Below, piece after piece: positions 61,996-64,000 of a stretch of 64,000 nucleotides of DNA (within the stretch, counting starts at the first letter, position 1; each line of letters begins with the position of its first letter). The DNA is from Lama glama. Its lineage: Eukaryota. The DNA is taken from the NCBI GenBank assembly GCA_028534125.1, contig CM052818.1, forward strand, positions 10,046,001 to 10,110,000, given 5' to 3'. A model generated the notes under the pieces. That model was not told the DNA's origin and ran no database searches. It worked only from the letters and a program-made list of their open reading frames with translations. Position numbers and translations under genes: made by a program.

Positions 61996-63039
61996 CAACA
62001 ACTTGATTTGGACCATCACGGAAGACTGTCTGTTTATCTCTAGCCTTTAGCTGTTTGCGTCTTCTCAGGACTCCAGACGTCTTTGATGGGGCACCAAAGT
62101 ACATTTCAGGGAACTCAGAATGCTCTTTGGATTCTGAGGAGATTTCCTACAAGTTGGTAATGAGGGTGAGAGAGGCAGAAGCAGACCGAGATGATGTCTT
62201 CCTTCACGAGCAGAGCACATGCACTTGTGTGAGAAGTGTGTGAGCACTTTCGAGCGTGTGAGGCAAGAGACAGGAAGGGGAGGGGATTTATTTCATAGAA
62301 TTCCAGAGGGCTTTAAAAGATAAAAGGGGAGAACATGCCCGAGTCAGTCTTACTCACTGATATGTCTTCTCCTTGGGTGGAGATCCCAACTGTCTGGCTG
62401 TCTGGTGAATTCCTGTAAAGTGAGAGTTTTTGTTTTTAACATCTGTCTTCCTCTCCAAGTTGCCTCTCATTCATTCTCCAAGGTAGCCAGCATACACCTG
62501 ATATCTGGACTTTCCCCATTCACTTGGGAGACTTGTGGGGAGTGCCTTTTCTAAACCCAGCTCGGTTTTAAGGCTATGTAGATTTGAGTCCTTACGTGGA
62601 AAACCTCTGTGCGTGTGTAGTGTTCAGTCGCACCTGGCCACACGGTCCGACTCCAGGTCTTGGCTCTTGTGGAGAGAGGATGCCCTGGGTGCTTTGATAT
62701 GAACAGTCAGCCCAGCCTGGAGAATTGCAGGCAGCATTTCAAGTAATAGTTACGTTAGCTGCTGCCTCCGTTTTTGTGGGGACTTCTCTTTACCACACCC
62801 AGTAGATAAAGTGGCCAAGAACGTCTGTGTTTACTGCTCTCTGGCATCAAAGCAAAGCCCTTTTGGGTGGTGTTGGAATCGAAAGAGTATTAAAAACATG
62901 TTTTTTAGAGCTTAGCATTTTGCATTCAGGATGGGCTCCTGCTCAGTCTAACTTCTTTGCTGCTGACCAAGGTTGAAATAGAGCTAGAGGGTTGTACAAC
63001 CTTTAAAGTCAGGTTTCCCATAGAGAAGATGTTATTTTT

Positions 63040-63290
63040 TGGTAACTGACAGCCAGGCTCAATCGACCTGGCACACACTCTGGTGGGCAGATGTACTTCA
63101 CTTCTGCTCTTCTCAGGGTGTGGGGTGGCTGTTTAAAGAGGGTGGATATTAATGCTAATCTTTGTGTAGCATAACAGGTTACTACCACTTGCCCTTTTTT
63201 TTATCTGGAGGTTCAAGCAGATATCAGAAGGGAACTGTTTGTGGCTACAGAGATGGTTAAAATCGCCATTATGAACAGAAATGATACTTG
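63040..63290. promoter_or_regulatory. Orthologue of BCL11A erythroid enhancer DHS +62
   Basis: About 60.7 kb from the inferred TSS. Perfect KLF1-type site AGGGTGTGG (63115-63123), T-run-TTATCT-N7-CA composite (63201-63215) and AGATATC (63219-63225). Resembles the recalled human rs1427407 context. Confidence 0.85.
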
Positions 63291-63322
63291 GGAAAAAAAA
63301 CTTTCCTTTTAAGAAGGCAAAT

Positions 63323-63445
63323 CAGTCATTTAACCATAACTATTTGTTGAGTTCCTGGGATATATATCATATATCACATGCTATGCTGGGTCCTTTGAAA
63401 TAAAATAAATAGAAGACAGCATCCCTGCATTTAAGAAGCACATTG
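63323..63445 (-). mobile_element. L2 3'-end fragment
   Basis: cagtcattt...tatttgttgagttcct...tatgctgggt...agacagcatccctgcatttaagaagc pattern. Confidence 0.5.
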
Positions 63446-64000
63446 GGAAGATGTGGAATTAAGTGGAGGCATGGAGAGGTAACCAGTGATGTAAGGACTG
63501 GGCATGAGCCCAGGGTGGTGCAGGAAACGAGTGGTCCTTGAGATTGGGGAAGGAAGAGATTGATTCTTTGTGCTAAGGTGACTAGTAGAACTTTAGCTGG
63601 GCCTTGAAGTACGATCAGGATTCCAGGAAGTCAGAGAGGAAGAGGAAAAGCCTGAAAGGACATGGGAATGGAAGGGGTTTTTCTCGAGCATTTTCCTTGG
63701 TGCATAGAGGGAGCTAAGCCAGGAGCACAAATTCAGGGTGGGATTGTGGAGCTCAGGAATGGCGGCTAAAGATGTCAGACCATAGCCTGTAGACCATGGG
63801 AGGCTGTCAATGTTCTGAGCACAGGACAAAGGCAACATTCTAGGACAATATCAACTGAGGAGTCTGTCCAGAGAAAGGATGAGGCGGGTTGCTGGAATTC
63901 TCTCTGTAGCACCTTCGTGTAGAGTTCTCCCCTTTGACAGATACGTTCTAGAGGATGGAGTGGTTGACTGCAGGGTTTTCACAAGCAGAATGGAACCAAA

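Overview
Mammalian genomic DNA covering the 5' part of BCL11A on the + strand. It contains a CpG-island promoter, coding exon 1 (ATG at 2902; MSRRKQGKPQHL NuRD-binding motif), a 6.8-kb intron 1, exon 2 (9787-10116; C2HC finger ZF0) and about 54 kb of intron 2. Exon 3 is not reached. The distal intron holds recognisable orthologues of the erythroid enhancer elements +55, +58 and +62 (about 56.3, 59.4 and 63.2 kb). Two young tRNA-Ala-derived SINEs resemble camelid Vic-1, and I saw no Alu, B1/B2, Bov-tA or PRE-1, so the species is probably a camelid (inference). I found no microbial-type novel system. The main observations are: (1) apparent lineage divergence of the enhancer, with the +58 GATA kept but its half-E-box and the sg1617 PAM lost, the +55 ATF4 site degenerate, and the +62 composite intact; (2) a four-uAUG 5'UTR whose GCC repeat is read as poly-Ala in an overlapping uORF; (3) a decayed BCL11A-XS terminal exon; (4) a possible intronic-polyadenylation isoform; (5) a promoter-like module inside intron 2. 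All comparisons to human sequence are from memory and need alignment.
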